From a virus, in the IMG/VR virus record IMGVR_UViG_3300024346_000008, positions 32,001 through 96,000 of that record: 64,000 nucleotides of DNA; one strand, written 5' to 3'. The notes under the pieces are model-generated. The model searched no databases and was not told where the DNA came from. It was given only the letters and a program-made list of their open reading frames with translations. Positions within the stretch are counted from its first letter, which is position 1. The number at the start of each line of letters is the position of its first letter. A program made the translations under genes and the position numbers. This document shows positions 1 through 10,089 of the stretch, in pieces.

Positions 1-33
1 AGATACTATATTCATCATATATCCTTCAAGATA

Positions 34-693
34 TTATGTTTCCTCTATTTCCCGCAATTCATCGTCTGTTAATACCATATCGATGTCTGCTAACTGTATA
101 TCTTCCGTATCATAGTAATCTGAAGTAACAATAGGAATTTGTTGATTCTTTGGTATCTTCTGTGGCTCTAGAAAACTTTTTTCAATATATATTTTGTTTA
201 CCACGTTAGGACTACCGGTTGTTAAAAACATACAGTTATAACAATACAATGCTAAATTCGATAAACTATAGTTACTATGGTTGCCGTCCAAAAAGGTGAG
301 CATTAATGGAACCTTCTTATCGGTGATCCTTCGTTCATTGAATCCGCAACTTGCACATTGCTCGACAATCTTCTTCCGTGCGATCAATCGATTCTTTAAT
401 CGTGCCATACTATACTTCGGATGTTTGCCCGCAAGAATATCACGTAAGGGAATGGTCGATGCCCTCTTTGCCCATCCTTTATCTAATCCAATTCCTTCTT
501 GATTACAATGACTATCAAACAGGTTATAAAGCATTGCATACTTACGATAACGTCTATAACTAACTTGCATATATCGTGCTGCCGCCTTATTGCTTCGGGT
601 ATGCAATTGTGCTTCTTCTATCTCTGATCGTAGGATTGGACGTTTCGGTGGGGCACCAGTATTCTTTTTAAAGTTTGGATTCTCAATACTCAT
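34..693 (-). CDS. HTH + degenerate HNH/Zn-finger protein
   Basis: HTH-like SNKAAARYMQVSYRRYRKY; CASC...LTFLDGNHSNYSLSNLALYCYNC follows HNH spacing. Confidence 0.6.
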   Translation of the reverse strand: MSIENPNFKKNTGAPPKRPILRSEIEEAQLHTRSNKAAARYMQVSYRRYRKYAMLYNLFDSHCNQEGIGLDKGWAKRASTIPLRDILAGKHPKYSMARLKNRLIARKKIVEQCASCGFNERRITDKKVPLMLTFLDGNHSNYSLSNLALYCYNCMFLTTGSPNVVNKIYIEKSFLEPQKIPKNQQIPIVTSDYYDTEDIQLADIDMVLTDDELREIEET

Positions 694-818
694 ATATCCC
701 CTTTGACTATTCTATAACATATATTATATATTGCCGCCGCAAAGAATGCCAGTAAGAGTATCATACTCATTACAACAATACCCATACCAAACATTGCGGT
801 TGTGAAAAACGTTTTCAT
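690..818 (-). CDS. small single-TM membrane protein (42 aa)
   Basis: Hand-translated MKTFFTTAMFGMGIVVMSMILLLAFFAAAIYNICYRIVKGDI; fills the gap exactly, ATGA overlap with next gene. Confidence 0.55.
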   Translation of the reverse strand: MKTFFTTAMFGMGIVVMSMILLLAFFAAAIYNICYRIVKGDI

Positions 819-1637
819 TTATACCTTGCGATGGGTTGGCGTCCATACGGGAATGTTATCATAGACTTCACTGATTGAGAAGTCTTGGAAGTAAATAGGT
901 GCCTGCTCGCGTAAGGTAAGTAACAGTAAGTCTGCCAAGCGACGAATCTCTGGTTCGGCGTGCTTATCGGATCGACTTTCGATAAACCATCTCCATGCCC
1001 GTAGGTTACCCGTGTACGTAATACGAGTCTCAAGCGCATGAGGAAGCAAATTGCGTGCCTTACCACGTGCCCATTTGCGAAGGTCAAAGCCTTCAAGCTT
1101 ATTCGGATTCATTTTCATTAACCATACCACATCACGTTCATATGCATCAAAGGCAGTTTCCAGTGAGGCAATGTGAGAGGCAAGTAGGTTTAGTTCGTCA
1201 AGATTAAAGTTATCAATTTCGCCGAAATCATCGAGCGCAGGATTAACCAAAAGTGATTCGTATTTTTCATATAGACTTGCGTAATAAGGTTCAAGGACCA
1301 CAGAGGCATCTTCTTCTGCGGTATATCGGGTAGACCGTTGTGACACGGCGAGTTGACGGTGGCGATTACTTTCTAATGAAAGTCCGCGAGTAATACCTTC
1401 AATGAATAATGTAAAGGTAATATGTTCAAGTACACTACCGTGCTGATGTTCAAGGATTGCCAATTGGTTTGCTTCATTTGCTCGTCCCTTGGCTCCAAAG
1501 CTATCATAACATCCCTTGGCGGCAAACGCACCAATCTTCGTGGCGTCATCGCCATCGGATGGAATAAGATATTCGGGGTGCTCAATAAATACTTGTTTAG
1601 CAACAACTGTAACTTTTGGCTGAGTAATAATCTTCAT
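819..1637 (-). CDS. thyX: FAD-dependent thymidylate synthase
   Basis: HGSVLEH, RHRQLAVSQRSTRY ThyX motif, GNLRAW, HAEPEIR. Confidence 0.95.
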   Translation of the reverse strand: MKIITQPKVTVVAKQVFIEHPEYLIPSDGDDATKIGAFAAKGCYDSFGAKGRANEANQLAILEHQHGSVLEHITFTLFIEGITRGLSLESNRHRQLAVSQRSTRYTAEEDASVVLEPYYASLYEKYESLLVNPALDDFGEIDNFNLDELNLLASHIASLETAFDAYERDVVWLMKMNPNKLEGFDLRKWARGKARNLLPHALETRITYTGNLRAWRWFIESRSDKHAEPEIRRLADLLLLTLREQAPIYFQDFSISEVYDNIPVWTPTHRKV

Positions 1638-1667
1638 ATGTAACCTATTGATAATGGTAGATTCTGT

Positions 1668-1695
1668 AATATAACTATTGGAAACGATTTGTCAA
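1668..1695 (-). promoter_or_regulatory. sigma70-type promoter upstream of thyX
   Basis: TTGACA-N16-TATATT in intergenic gap. Confidence 0.6.
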
Positions 1696-1698
1696 GGG

Positions 1699-1938
1699 CT
1701 AATAATCATCCCCGTAAATACTAAATTGTTTAATAGGAATTACTGGATCGGGTTGTTCCATAATAGTATATAATAATCCCGCACCGGCGTCGATATAATA
1801 TTGACGGGCACCAACCTTTTGAAAGTAATGTTCTAATGCTTCGGTGAGTGAGGTATAAACTCGGGCGTCTTCTAATCCAATTTCCACCCATCTATCACCT
1901 GGTGGTAATCGTTTGAATATTTCTTTTTTGATTTCCAT
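1699..1938 (-). CDS. hypothetical protein
   Basis: 79 aa ORF coupled to upstream gene. Confidence 0.6.
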   Translation of the reverse strand: MEIKKEIFKRLPPGDRWVEIGLEDARVYTSLTEALEHYFQKVGARQYYIDAGAGLLYTIMEQPDPVIPIKQFSIYGDDY

Positions 1939-4196
1939 TATTTTGTTGGTTTAGTTGCTTGTTTTTTGGTGGCTTGTTTTTGGCACCGATCTACTATTTT
2001 AGCATTGGTATTATTATTCATGTTCATTTTAACATTTGCTGCTGCAGCTGCGCATTCAAATTCGACAGTTGCTTTAAACTCCAATCCAATAGTTCCTTGA
2101 TAACCACTTCCTTTCTGTCTCGCACCAACAAGTGCGATAGGTATTTGTATACCATTTGCTTCTGCTCGGAATATTAACAATCGTTGTCCGGTATCCTTGT
2201 CCGTGATAACAGTAAGTCCATTACGAATGTCATCTAAATTATCCGTCCCGAACATCGCAGTCAGAGTTTTTCTAGATACGGCAACTCCACCCAAACACAT
2301 AGATTCCTCTCCAGAAGCTATGACACGGATTGGAAAGGTTTCTTGCAATTTATACATTAATCCATTCAACATATCAGCATTTGATACTGCAGCATCAACT
2401 GCAGCATTTCCAGCCTCAACTGCTAATTTATAATGTGCATCTAAGTTTGGTTTAAATGTGGAGTCACGATTCGATTCAAGTTCTGATGCAAGAACTACTG
2501 CTTTTAAAAATCTATCTTGCGGTCTGGATAACACGCCTGCTACTTCTAATGCTTGTTTCATCTCATCTTCGGTTGCACCAGTAGGCAACGATGACAATGC
2601 CTTGTGTGCAGCAACTGCAGTTTTTACTTCATCTTCATCCCACTGTTTTGGTGTTTTTTGAGCCGCCATTTTTTGTGCTGCGGCGCTCATATCTCCATCT
2701 TTACCAGATAGTTGTTGAACTAGAGTAACTCCACTTGCATATTGTCTATCTGAAAATGTTCTTACTAATTCTACCTTTTCCCGAACATCTTTCGGTAGTT
2801 TGTTCAATGCCTCTTCTTCCAGTTGTGCAATTCGTTCTCTTGCCATTTTCTTTGCTTTTTCTTTTGAACTGATCTTAAATAATGCTTGCAATTGCTCTTC
2901 GGCGGACTTTCGATCTTCAGCAGTTGATGACTTGCTAACTGCTTGCGATAGTAAAGAATCTAAATTATTATATTCTTCACGTTCTGCGGTATCTAATGCC
3001 TGTACAGCAAATACTACCACATCGGAAGTAGATCCATTTAATAAGAAAATTTTACCATCTTTTTTCAGACTTATTCTTGCAACCCTCGCCTGTGCTTGGC
3101 CGGCAACTTTAACTCTTAATGCAATATCCGTTGAAAATCCTTTATTTTTAGCTTCCAATCCAATACCCGCAATGTCTTGTGGGGTATCCCATGCAAACCC
3201 ATCGACTTCCCAATTACCCTCGCCGTATTCTGCATCCATTATAGAATTAAATGCTTCTGACTGGTTTAATGCGGCTTCAATCCACGACCTATCAAGTATT
3301 GCAGTTCCTACTTGAGATTCCGTATTTTCAACCATCTGATTTAATAATAACGCCACTTTTATTCGATCATCGGGGTCATGAATTGTCATTAATACCCCTG
3401 CTACAAGTTCACCCGCTTGTGCAGGAGGCTTTCCAGCGCCGGCAGCACCACCAGTTAATTCAGTAAACGGTGGTACATCACCCTTTAATTTTGTATTAGC
3501 TGCACGTTCAAGCAATTCTACATGGTGATCTGAAACTCCGTTATCTCTTAGAATCTGTCTGGTTTCTTCGTCAAAAACTTGTATAGATTCTGGTGCCAAT
3601 TTACGTTCTTGCATACGTGAGTAGTAATCATCCGATGCCTCTGGAAGTTCTCGTCTGTGATGTATTTCAATGTCTACGTCTGCTAATTCATCCGTAGTTG
3701 CACGGTCTGCGTCCACTCTGGCATTAACTGCGTCCGATGTAGGTTTTAATTGTTCGGGGGTTATGAATGCGTTTACCTCATTTCCTTGAGGAGTTTTAAT
3801 TGGTTCATCAAGAATGATAGCTCCCGTAGAATCAGATTTAGAAATCTTTCTTGGTTTAGTGTCTGATGTGGGTTTCGATTTACCCATCATTACTGCCCGT
3901 TTTTCAGGATCTTCTAAGTCTTTCTTTAACTGAGTGCTAATACCAGCAGCAGGATCTTTACCCATAGAACCAATCTTACCGGCAGGTTCCTTTTCTAACT
4001 TACCATCGGTTGCTGGATTATACGGACGATAGGTAGCACCGTCTTTTGATGGTGCGGCAATAGCTTGGTCCATACTTTCTTTAGAACCAAATGGTATTAC
4101 ACGTTCTTTGCCGTCTTTTCCTTTTCTAACGGCTTTAAATTCTCGACCAGCTTCTTTTAATATAGTACTAAGAAATTCAAGTAATAATTCTTTCAT
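1938..4196 (-). CDS. large protein with PD-(D/E)xK nuclease-like region; possible internal virion protein
   Basis: AGEL...GFSTDIALRV...ISLKKD; N-terminus MKELLLEFLSTILKE; low-complexity linker. Confidence 0.45.
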   Translation of the reverse strand: MKELLLEFLSTILKEAGREFKAVRKGKDGKERVIPFGSKESMDQAIAAPSKDGATYRPYNPATDGKLEKEPAGKIGSMGKDPAAGISTQLKKDLEDPEKRAVMMGKSKPTSDTKPRKISKSDSTGAIILDEPIKTPQGNEVNAFITPEQLKPTSDAVNARVDADRATTDELADVDIEIHHRRELPEASDDYYSRMQERKLAPESIQVFDEETRQILRDNGVSDHHVELLERAANTKLKGDVPPFTELTGGAAGAGKPPAQAGELVAGVLMTIHDPDDRIKVALLLNQMVENTESQVGTAILDRSWIEAALNQSEAFNSIMDAEYGEGNWEVDGFAWDTPQDIAGIGLEAKNKGFSTDIALRVKVAGQAQARVARISLKKDGKIFLLNGSTSDVVVFAVQALDTAEREEYNNLDSLLSQAVSKSSTAEDRKSAEEQLQALFKISSKEKAKKMARERIAQLEEEALNKLPKDVREKVELVRTFSDRQYASGVTLVQQLSGKDGDMSAAAQKMAAQKTPKQWDEDEVKTAVAAHKALSSLPTGATEDEMKQALEVAGVLSRPQDRFLKAVVLASELESNRDSTFKPNLDAHYKLAVEAGNAAVDAAVSNADMLNGLMYKLQETFPIRVIASGEESMCLGGVAVSRKTLTAMFGTDNLDDIRNGLTVITDKDTGQRLLIFRAEANGIQIPIALVGARQKGSGYQGTIGLEFKATVEFECAAAAANVKMNMNNNTNAKIVDRCQKQATKKQATKPTK

Positions 4197-4220
4197 AGAG
4201 TATCCAAGTGAGGTGACTTA

Positions 4221-4229
4221 TATAAATAG
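4221..4229 (-). promoter_or_regulatory. candidate late promoter CTATTTATA
   Basis: Same 9-mer in coding orientation at 35967-35975 (-) and 37524-37532 (+). Confidence 0.5.
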
Positions 4230-4240
4230 AAGTTATTATT

Positions 4241-5017
4241 CTATTTCTGTAAATTTGTGACCGCCTTACTCAGCGCAATTTTCACATCGCTCATACCTTC
4301 ATATGCGGGAATCGTGCAGGTTGACCGATCTGCGAGGGTTACTGCTTTAAACTCTTCATCAGTGAACCATTCAACCGACATACCAAACATATCCATTAAT
4401 TCATGCATTGTAATTGAACCACTGTTCACTAAGTTATAGTAACCATTGGGCTTACCCGTTTCAATTAAATCACAAGCAACACGAACTGCTTCATCTAAAT
4501 CCGTGAGAGAGTTATGTCCAGAGTCAATTAACTTACCCGTTCTTGCATACTTAAGCACCTTCGTTAAGTAATTCTTTGGTTCATCGATTCCAGTAAACGG
4601 CATACGAATACGATAAACTTGTGCCTTATCTTTGAGGTGTACATCGGAAATACCTTTGCTAATAGAATAGGTACTACCAAAAAAATTTGGTGTAGCATCG
4701 ACGGAATCAATGTTACCTTGATAGATACATCCACTAGAAAAATGTGAGAATCGTATGTGTCTACGCTCACAGATATCATGTAATAACGCAGGATAAATAG
4801 CATTCCCACTAATAGTATTTTGCTGGTCGAGTTCACATGCATCAACATTGGGAACACCTGTGACTCCTGCACAATTTACTACCCAATCAACATGAATGCT
4901 TCCCAATATATCAATTGCTGCATCATGAGAACTAGTAAATACTCTATGCCCACGGGAAGATAGTTCGGTACTCATTTTATTTCCCGTCCATCCTCTACCC
5001 ACTACAAGTATACGCAT
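4241..5017 (-). CDS. NDP-4-keto-6-deoxyglucose 3,5-epimerase/4-reductase (NRS/ER-like, RmlD superfamily)
   Basis: GRGWTG; NCAGVTGVPNVDACE; SSGCIY; PNFFGSTYSISK; RIRMP. Confidence 0.75.
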   Translation of the reverse strand: MRILVVGRGWTGNKMSTELSSRGHRVFTSSHDAAIDILGSIHVDWVVNCAGVTGVPNVDACELDQQNTISGNAIYPALLHDICERRHIRFSHFSSGCIYQGNIDSVDATPNFFGSTYSISKGISDVHLKDKAQVYRIRMPFTGIDEPKNYLTKVLKYARTGKLIDSGHNSLTDLDEAVRVACDLIETGKPNGYYNLVNSGSITMHELMDMFGMSVEWFTDEEFKAVTLADRSTCTIPAYEGMSDVKIALSKAVTNLQK

Positions 5018-5021
5018 AACG

Positions 5022-5903
5022 TTATCCGATTAAATTTTGTAAATACATACCATACTTCGTCTTACTACATTTATCAATGAACGGTTGTATGTCTTCATCA
5101 CATACCCAATTATTATTTATAGCAATTTCATGCGGACTACCGATAAGATAATCTTGATGTTTTTGTATTGTTTGCACAAAATTTGATGCTTCTAACATAG
5201 AGTCGGGGTTACCCGTATCGAACCAGACGGTACCTCTTGGTAATGTAATTGCATTCAATGCTTTGTTCTTAAGGTATAATGCATTTAAATCTGTTATCTC
5301 CAACTCTCCACGTTTCGATGGAACCAGTTGCCTTACATAAAGATATACGCTTGGGGGGTAAAAGTAAAGACCCGTGACTGCCAAATTACTCTTTGGATAT
5401 GTGGGTTTCTCTTCCAGTGAGATAACTCTCAATGAACTATCCAGTTCGGCGACACCAAAGTCGGATGGATTCTGTACGGGATATAAGAATATATTTGCGT
5501 GAGAGTGCATAACAGACTTTAATAATCCAGTGAGTCCACCAGAGTAAAAGATGTTATCGCCAAGAATAAGAGCATGGTTATCGTAATCAAATACTAATTC
5601 ACCTAAGTAATTTTTGACAATATTAAACGCATCGGCAATACCAGTAGGATCATGTTGAACTAATACGGTAACATCAATTCCCAGTTCCGTTTGAGCGTTA
5701 TTAAATAACGAGACGATACTCCACTTTTCAGTAGGGGTAGTAATGACAATAAAATCTCTGATACCCGCCAGCATTAACGTGCTCAGAGAATAATATAATA
5801 ATGGCTTATCATAAATGGGTAATAACTGTTTTGTTGTGACCAACGTCGATGGATATAATCTGGACGATGTTCCACCCGCTAAAATAATTCCTAATGTTCG
5901 CAT
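5022..5903 (-). CDS. rmlA: glucose-1-phosphate thymidylyltransferase
   Basis: GIILAGGTSSRLYP, KQLLPIYDKP, LILGDNIF, EEKP, RGELEITD, WFDTG. Confidence 0.95.
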   Translation of the reverse strand: MRTLGIILAGGTSSRLYPSTLVTTKQLLPIYDKPLLYYSLSTLMLAGIRDFIVITTPTEKWSIVSLFNNAQTELGIDVTVLVQHDPTGIADAFNIVKNYLGELVFDYDNHALILGDNIFYSGGLTGLLKSVMHSHANIFLYPVQNPSDFGVAELDSSLRVISLEEKPTYPKSNLAVTGLYFYPPSVYLYVRQLVPSKRGELEITDLNALYLKNKALNAITLPRGTVWFDTGNPDSMLEASNFVQTIQKHQDYLIGSPHEIAINNNWVCDEDIQPFIDKCSKTKYGMYLQNLIG

Positions 5904-6862
5904 TGCTTTACCCATTCCATATTGTTCATATACCACTCAACTGTCTGTTGTAATCCTTGTTCAAAGGAAACGGTTGGTGTCCATCCGAGTTCCGCTTCGA
6001 TGTGTGAACTATCAATTGCATATCGGAAGTCATGTCCTTTTCTATCTTCAACGTATTCAATTAATGATCTAGGTTTGTTTAATAGATAAAGAATTGACAA
6101 TGCCACCGTTAAATTCGTGCGTTCAGCATCTCCACCAATATTATATTTATCACCAATCGTTCCCTTTGTCAAGACTAAATACAATGCTTCACAATGATCT
6201 TTCACGTACAACCAATCCCGAATGTTCATTCCTGTTCCGTAGATAGGAATCCTTTTATTATCCAGTGCTTGTTTAATAATCACGGGAATTAACTTCTCTG
6301 GATATTGCCGTGGTCCATAGTTGTTTGAGCAATTTGTAATTATTGCCGGCAGCCCATAGGTATGATGGAATGCTCGCACCAAATGGTCCCCAGCCGCTTT
6401 CGTAGCAGAGTACGGACTGTTTGGAGCGTATGGCGTAGTTTCCGTAAACGCGGAATCAATCGATGAGAGTTGCCCATACACTTCATCAGTAGATACATGT
6501 ACAAATCTAACGGAGTTATTCTTTTCAAAATAATTCTGTACTGATTGAATAAAATTATATGTGCTTAATACATTCGTCTTAACAAACGACGATGGATTAC
6601 TAATAGATTTATCTACGTGCGTTTCTGCGGCAAAGTTTATAATATAATCCGGAGCGTGGTAGTTCAGGATACTATTGATTGCATCACTACCGATATCCAC
6701 TTGATAGAATGTATATCTATCATTGAATGATTCATCTATTACCGATTTACCGGCATAGGTAAGTATATCAATGTTGATAACATCGTAACATGTATTGTGT
6801 AATATATACTCAATAAAATTACTACCAATAAATCCCGAACCACCAGTGACCAGTATTTTCAT
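5891..6862 (-). CDS. rmlB: dTDP-glucose 4,6-dehydratase
   Basis: VTGGSGFIG, FAAETHVD, HVSTDEVYG, PYSATK, NCSNNYGP, DRKGHDFRY. Confidence 0.95.
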   Translation of the reverse strand: MKILVTGGSGFIGSNFIEYILHNTCYDVINIDILTYAGKSVIDESFNDRYTFYQVDIGSDAINSILNYHAPDYIINFAAETHVDKSISNPSSFVKTNVLSTYNFIQSVQNYFEKNNSVRFVHVSTDEVYGQLSSIDSAFTETTPYAPNSPYSATKAAGDHLVRAFHHTYGLPAIITNCSNNYGPRQYPEKLIPVIIKQALDNKRIPIYGTGMNIRDWLYVKDHCEALYLVLTKGTIGDKYNIGGDAERTNLTVALSILYLLNKPRSLIEYVEDRKGHDFRYAIDSSHIEAELGWTPTVSFEQGLQQTVEWYMNNMEWVKQCEH

Positions 6863-6863
6863 A

Positions 6864-7226
6864 CTACTTTGCCCACTTCCCACGTTTTACCAACTGTGCA
6901 ATAATACCATATACTGACAGGTCTTGAAACGTGTCATCGATGGCTTCTCCTACGTTGTCCTTCTTCCCCAATACAACGAGTTGCTTAAATCGTTGGACCT
7001 TATCATTGATTCGAAAGAAAAGTCCCGTGAGCGACAATTGTACGTCATCTGGCGTGGATAATGAGGTACCTACTGCCACATTTCCTGTCCCATAATTTGA
7101 ATTCTTCAAACAAAAGGTTTCATATTGTTCGTGACAGATTTTCCAAAACTCTTCCGTCATCTGAGGATAGCTTTCCTCTGTTTGCTGAATTACATCTGGG
7201 TATTTGTATTGATAACCTTTGTCCAT
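6864..7226 (-). CDS. nucleotide modification associated domain 1 (Nmad1/DUF1599) protein
   Basis: KNSNYG...RINDKVQR...EAIDDTFQDLSVYGII pattern. Confidence 0.75.
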   Translation of the reverse strand: MDKGYQYKYPDVIQQTEESYPQMTEEFWKICHEQYETFCLKNSNYGTGNVAVGTSLSTPDDVQLSLTGLFFRINDKVQRFKQLVVLGKKDNVGEAIDDTFQDLSVYGIIAQLVKRGKWAK

Positions 7227-7234
7227 ATTATATC

Positions 7235-7870
7235 CTATTGGTCGTAGTATTGTAAAATTTTATACATTTCACTGTATTGAAATGATCTTTTTTTATTAAT
7301 GAAATCTTCGTGAAACTGAGTAAGTTCCGGTGTCTGAAAATATGCAGAATCCATCTGACTAATGAATGCCCGTTGTAGACAATCAATTTTATTATAGAGT
7401 AATTTCTCATCCATTGCAACAAATAAATTCGGCACCCATTCTCTGAGAGTACTTACCGCTTTATACTCTACTAATGTTAATGGTTTACTTCGTGACAATG
7501 GATATAGAAAAGAATTTGTTATTTGATGTTCGTAATGAGAATCTATATTACTTGGCGAAAATACTAAATCAGTATCATCTAAAAATTGTTTTTCTAACAT
7601 GGTTACCCACGAAGAAATCGGAGTTGAATCAAATGTACACCCGTCAATAAAATGTAACTCTACATTTTTAACATCTAATAAATTCCAAAATAAGATATCT
7701 TCGTCAAATCTATTTGGTCCACTGGTACTATCGGTTGCGGTACCAGTGGACAGATATATCATATGAAACATAGTATCTGTATACTTTTTTACAAGGCCAC
7801 TCATGGATAACGCAGTATCGTCTGGGTGCGGACAGAGACACATTGCTCTATTCTTATTTAGGAATTTCAT
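7235..7870 (-). CDS. PIG-L/LmbE family de-N-acetylase
   Basis: PHPDD and DSHYEH metal motifs. Confidence 0.85.
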   Translation of the reverse strand: MKFLNKNRAMCLCPHPDDTALSMSGLVKKYTDTMFHMIYLSTGTATDSTSGPNRFDEDILFWNLLDVKNVELHFIDGCTFDSTPISSWVTMLEKQFLDDTDLVFSPSNIDSHYEHQITNSFLYPLSRSKPLTLVEYKAVSTLREWVPNLFVAMDEKLLYNKIDCLQRAFISQMDSAYFQTPELTQFHEDFINKKRSFQYSEMYKILQYYDQ

Positions 7871-7871
7871 T

Positions 7872-8720
7872 TTATTTTCTAGTTAGATTGAATCCAAACC
7901 TTCTTCCTTTAACAAAAAATCGAATACCATATCGTCGCATAAAATCTCTAAACGCATCAGTAACTATATCATGGGTTCCTTGGCACTGGAATGTGGTGGT
8001 ATCTAAAGTCAATCCATTTAATATAATCATCGGATAGGAATTGTCAAGTCGTATTATCGGTTCGTTGTAATAACTCATTAATTCTGTAAACTCTGTACAA
8101 ATCTTTTCTAATAGTTGAACCTTCTGAACCCTTGTGGGTTCGGTAATGGTCTTTATAAGTTTTGCGGGAGTCCCAGCGTAAATTCCTTTCTCAACTTCCA
8201 GAGATTTAACGACGGTTGAATGAGTACCAATAACCACATTGTCAGTAATATTCACTCCCCCCATGATAACGCTTTTCCACCCAACAATAACATTGTTACC
8301 AATCTTAACTTCTTCAAACATATAGGGATAGCCTTCCAACACCGACGCCCAAAACCCATGTGTAATAATGTCTACATCATGTGATAACCCCACATCATCA
8401 CCAATAGTAACGGGACGTGCGAGATTGATATGTCCCGTGTGACACACCATTCGTTTCCCAATTTTTAAATTGGCATATGGAAAGTTTGCAGACCCCCCAC
8501 CGATAATCATACCTCGACTATCGGTGGGCATGTTAAAAAAGAAATCACCAATTTCTATATTTTCGCCAGTAGCAGTAAATCTGTCGCCTATGTAGGAATC
8601 GTCGCCAATTGAAAAAGTTCCCCGTACTTTGATTTGTACATTTTTTCCGAATACAACATTCTCACCAATAATTATTTTGTTTGCTTCAATGAAACCATTG
8701 TTTGGTAATTCCATTCTCAT
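7872..8720 (-). CDS. hexapeptide-repeat (LbH) acyltransferase
   Basis: IGENVVFG, IGDDVG, IGNNVIVG repeats, YAGTPAK. Confidence 0.85.
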   Translation of the reverse strand: MRMELPNNGFIEANKIIIGENVVFGKNVQIKVRGTFSIGDDSYIGDRFTATGENIEIGDFFFNMPTDSRGMIIGGGSANFPYANLKIGKRMVCHTGHINLARPVTIGDDVGLSHDVDIITHGFWASVLEGYPYMFEEVKIGNNVIVGWKSVIMGGVNITDNVVIGTHSTVVKSLEVEKGIYAGTPAKLIKTITEPTRVQKVQLLEKICTEFTELMSYYNEPIIRLDNSYPMIILNGLTLDTTTFQCQGTHDIVTDAFRDFMRRYGIRFFVKGRRFGFNLTRK

Positions 8721-9370
8721 ACCAAACCACCGCTAATTGTGATATTCTGGCCAGTAACATACTCAGTCTTGACCAAATATTCAATCGTCTGATACAATTC
8801 TTGGATAGACCCCCATCGTTTTAATCCAATGGTATTCTTAATACCGTCTGCAATTGTTGGATTAATTCGATGGCACATTCCGGCGTCAAAATACCCAAGT
8901 CTAATAGAATTACAAGTAATACCCTTTGAAATGTTTTCTGCGCTTGTAACTCGTACTAATGTATCTACAAAAGATTTTGATGCGCTATAGACAGCCGTAC
9001 TAGGAACTATTTTTTCAGACAGTACTGATGATATCAACACTATTCTTCCGAAATTGTTTTTGCGCATCATAGGTAAACAAGCAGACACTATATTAATATT
9101 ACCATTAATCGTAACATCAATAACTTTATTAACCTCGTTTCTATTACCGACAGTTATTTTGTGCATGAATGAGTCATAATTACAACCAGACAAGTTAACC
9201 ACAATATCAAACGAATTTTGTTCAAAGAAATTATATACTTGTGCCGCATCAGTAATATCAATATCTTTTGAACTTATCGTTGTAACATCATAGTCTTGTT
9301 CAAGAAGGGGTAGTATACCAGTTCCCAATCCACCAGACGCACCAAACAATATTAACTTACGCTTAGTCAT
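8717..9370 (-). CDS. short-chain dehydrogenase/reductase
   Basis: GASGGLG, GRIVLISS, YSASK, VTGQNITISGG. Confidence 0.9.
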   Translation of the reverse strand: MTKRKLILFGASGGLGTGILPLLEQDYDVTTISSKDIDITDAAQVYNFFEQNSFDIVVNLSGCNYDSFMHKITVGNRNEVNKVIDVTINGNINIVSACLPMMRKNNFGRIVLISSVLSEKIVPSTAVYSASKSFVDTLVRVTSAENISKGITCNSIRLGYFDAGMCHRINPTIADGIKNTIGLKRWGSIQELYQTIEYLVKTEYVTGQNITISGGLV

Positions 9371-10089
9371 TTTAGTAATCCATTGTTTCTGAGTACTTCT
9401 TGTACCCACATAGAAACTACTGGTCCTCGGTTTGGTTTTAGTGTCGTAATATAATGTAACTCATCGGCGGGAAGATTTTGCACATCATAATAAAATGGAT
9501 AATGGCGTGCCATATGATTTCCACCCATACGAATACTGTTGTCTCCCCACAAAGCCGGTGAGTTGGGTGCGTATACAGCAAACGAAGTATCAACTGGTGC
9601 TTTGTATAATTCAAATTTTTCGTGTGGAATTCTATTCTCTAAAAATTTACTTTCGATTTCTATTGCCTTTGCGGTTTGCCAAGAACCGTTTTGAGGAAGA
9701 TCATCTATTTTTATTCCAAGTCCAACTTTATGTAGGTTGAATTGGGCACATACTTCAATCATATTTTCAATGAAATTTTCTGGATTTTCATCAATAGGAA
9801 CCACATCAGAGTCCGTGTATACATAATATCCCTTGGTTATATCCGCAAATAATGGATGTTGTAATTGAACCAAGGTATATAATGTACTATTATCAAACCG
9901 TGTTTCCGGTACATCGTTCATGAATACGGTGACATTCGTTTGCTTATACCAATCCAGTAGTGGTTGATAGGTGGATTCATTATCAATGATAATTATATTA
10001 TTATAATTTCTCTTTTGTAATGAATTCACCAAATCTATGAGCGGTGGTAGTCTATCTTTATTTAAAATTACAATGGGAATATTTTTCAT
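9367..10089 (-). CDS. GT-A/GT2-like glycosyltransferase
   Basis: IIIDNES, TDSD DxD motif. Confidence 0.65.
   Translation of the reverse strand: MKNIPIVILNKDRLPPLIDLVNSLQKRNYNNIIIIDNESTYQPLLDWYKQTNVTVFMNDVPETRFDNSTLYTLVQLQHPLFADITKGYYVYTDSDVVPIDENPENFIENMIEVCAQFNLHKVGLGIKIDDLPQNGSWQTAKAIEIESKFLENRIPHEKFELYKAPVDTSFAVYAPNSPALWGDNSIRMGGNHMARHYPFYYDVQNLPADELHYITTLKPNRGPVVSMWVQEVLRNNGLLK

Noticed and set aside
1941-1985. KQATK tandem repeat at the end of the 752-aa gene
   Set aside because: Two-copy low-complexity coding repeat with no further significance
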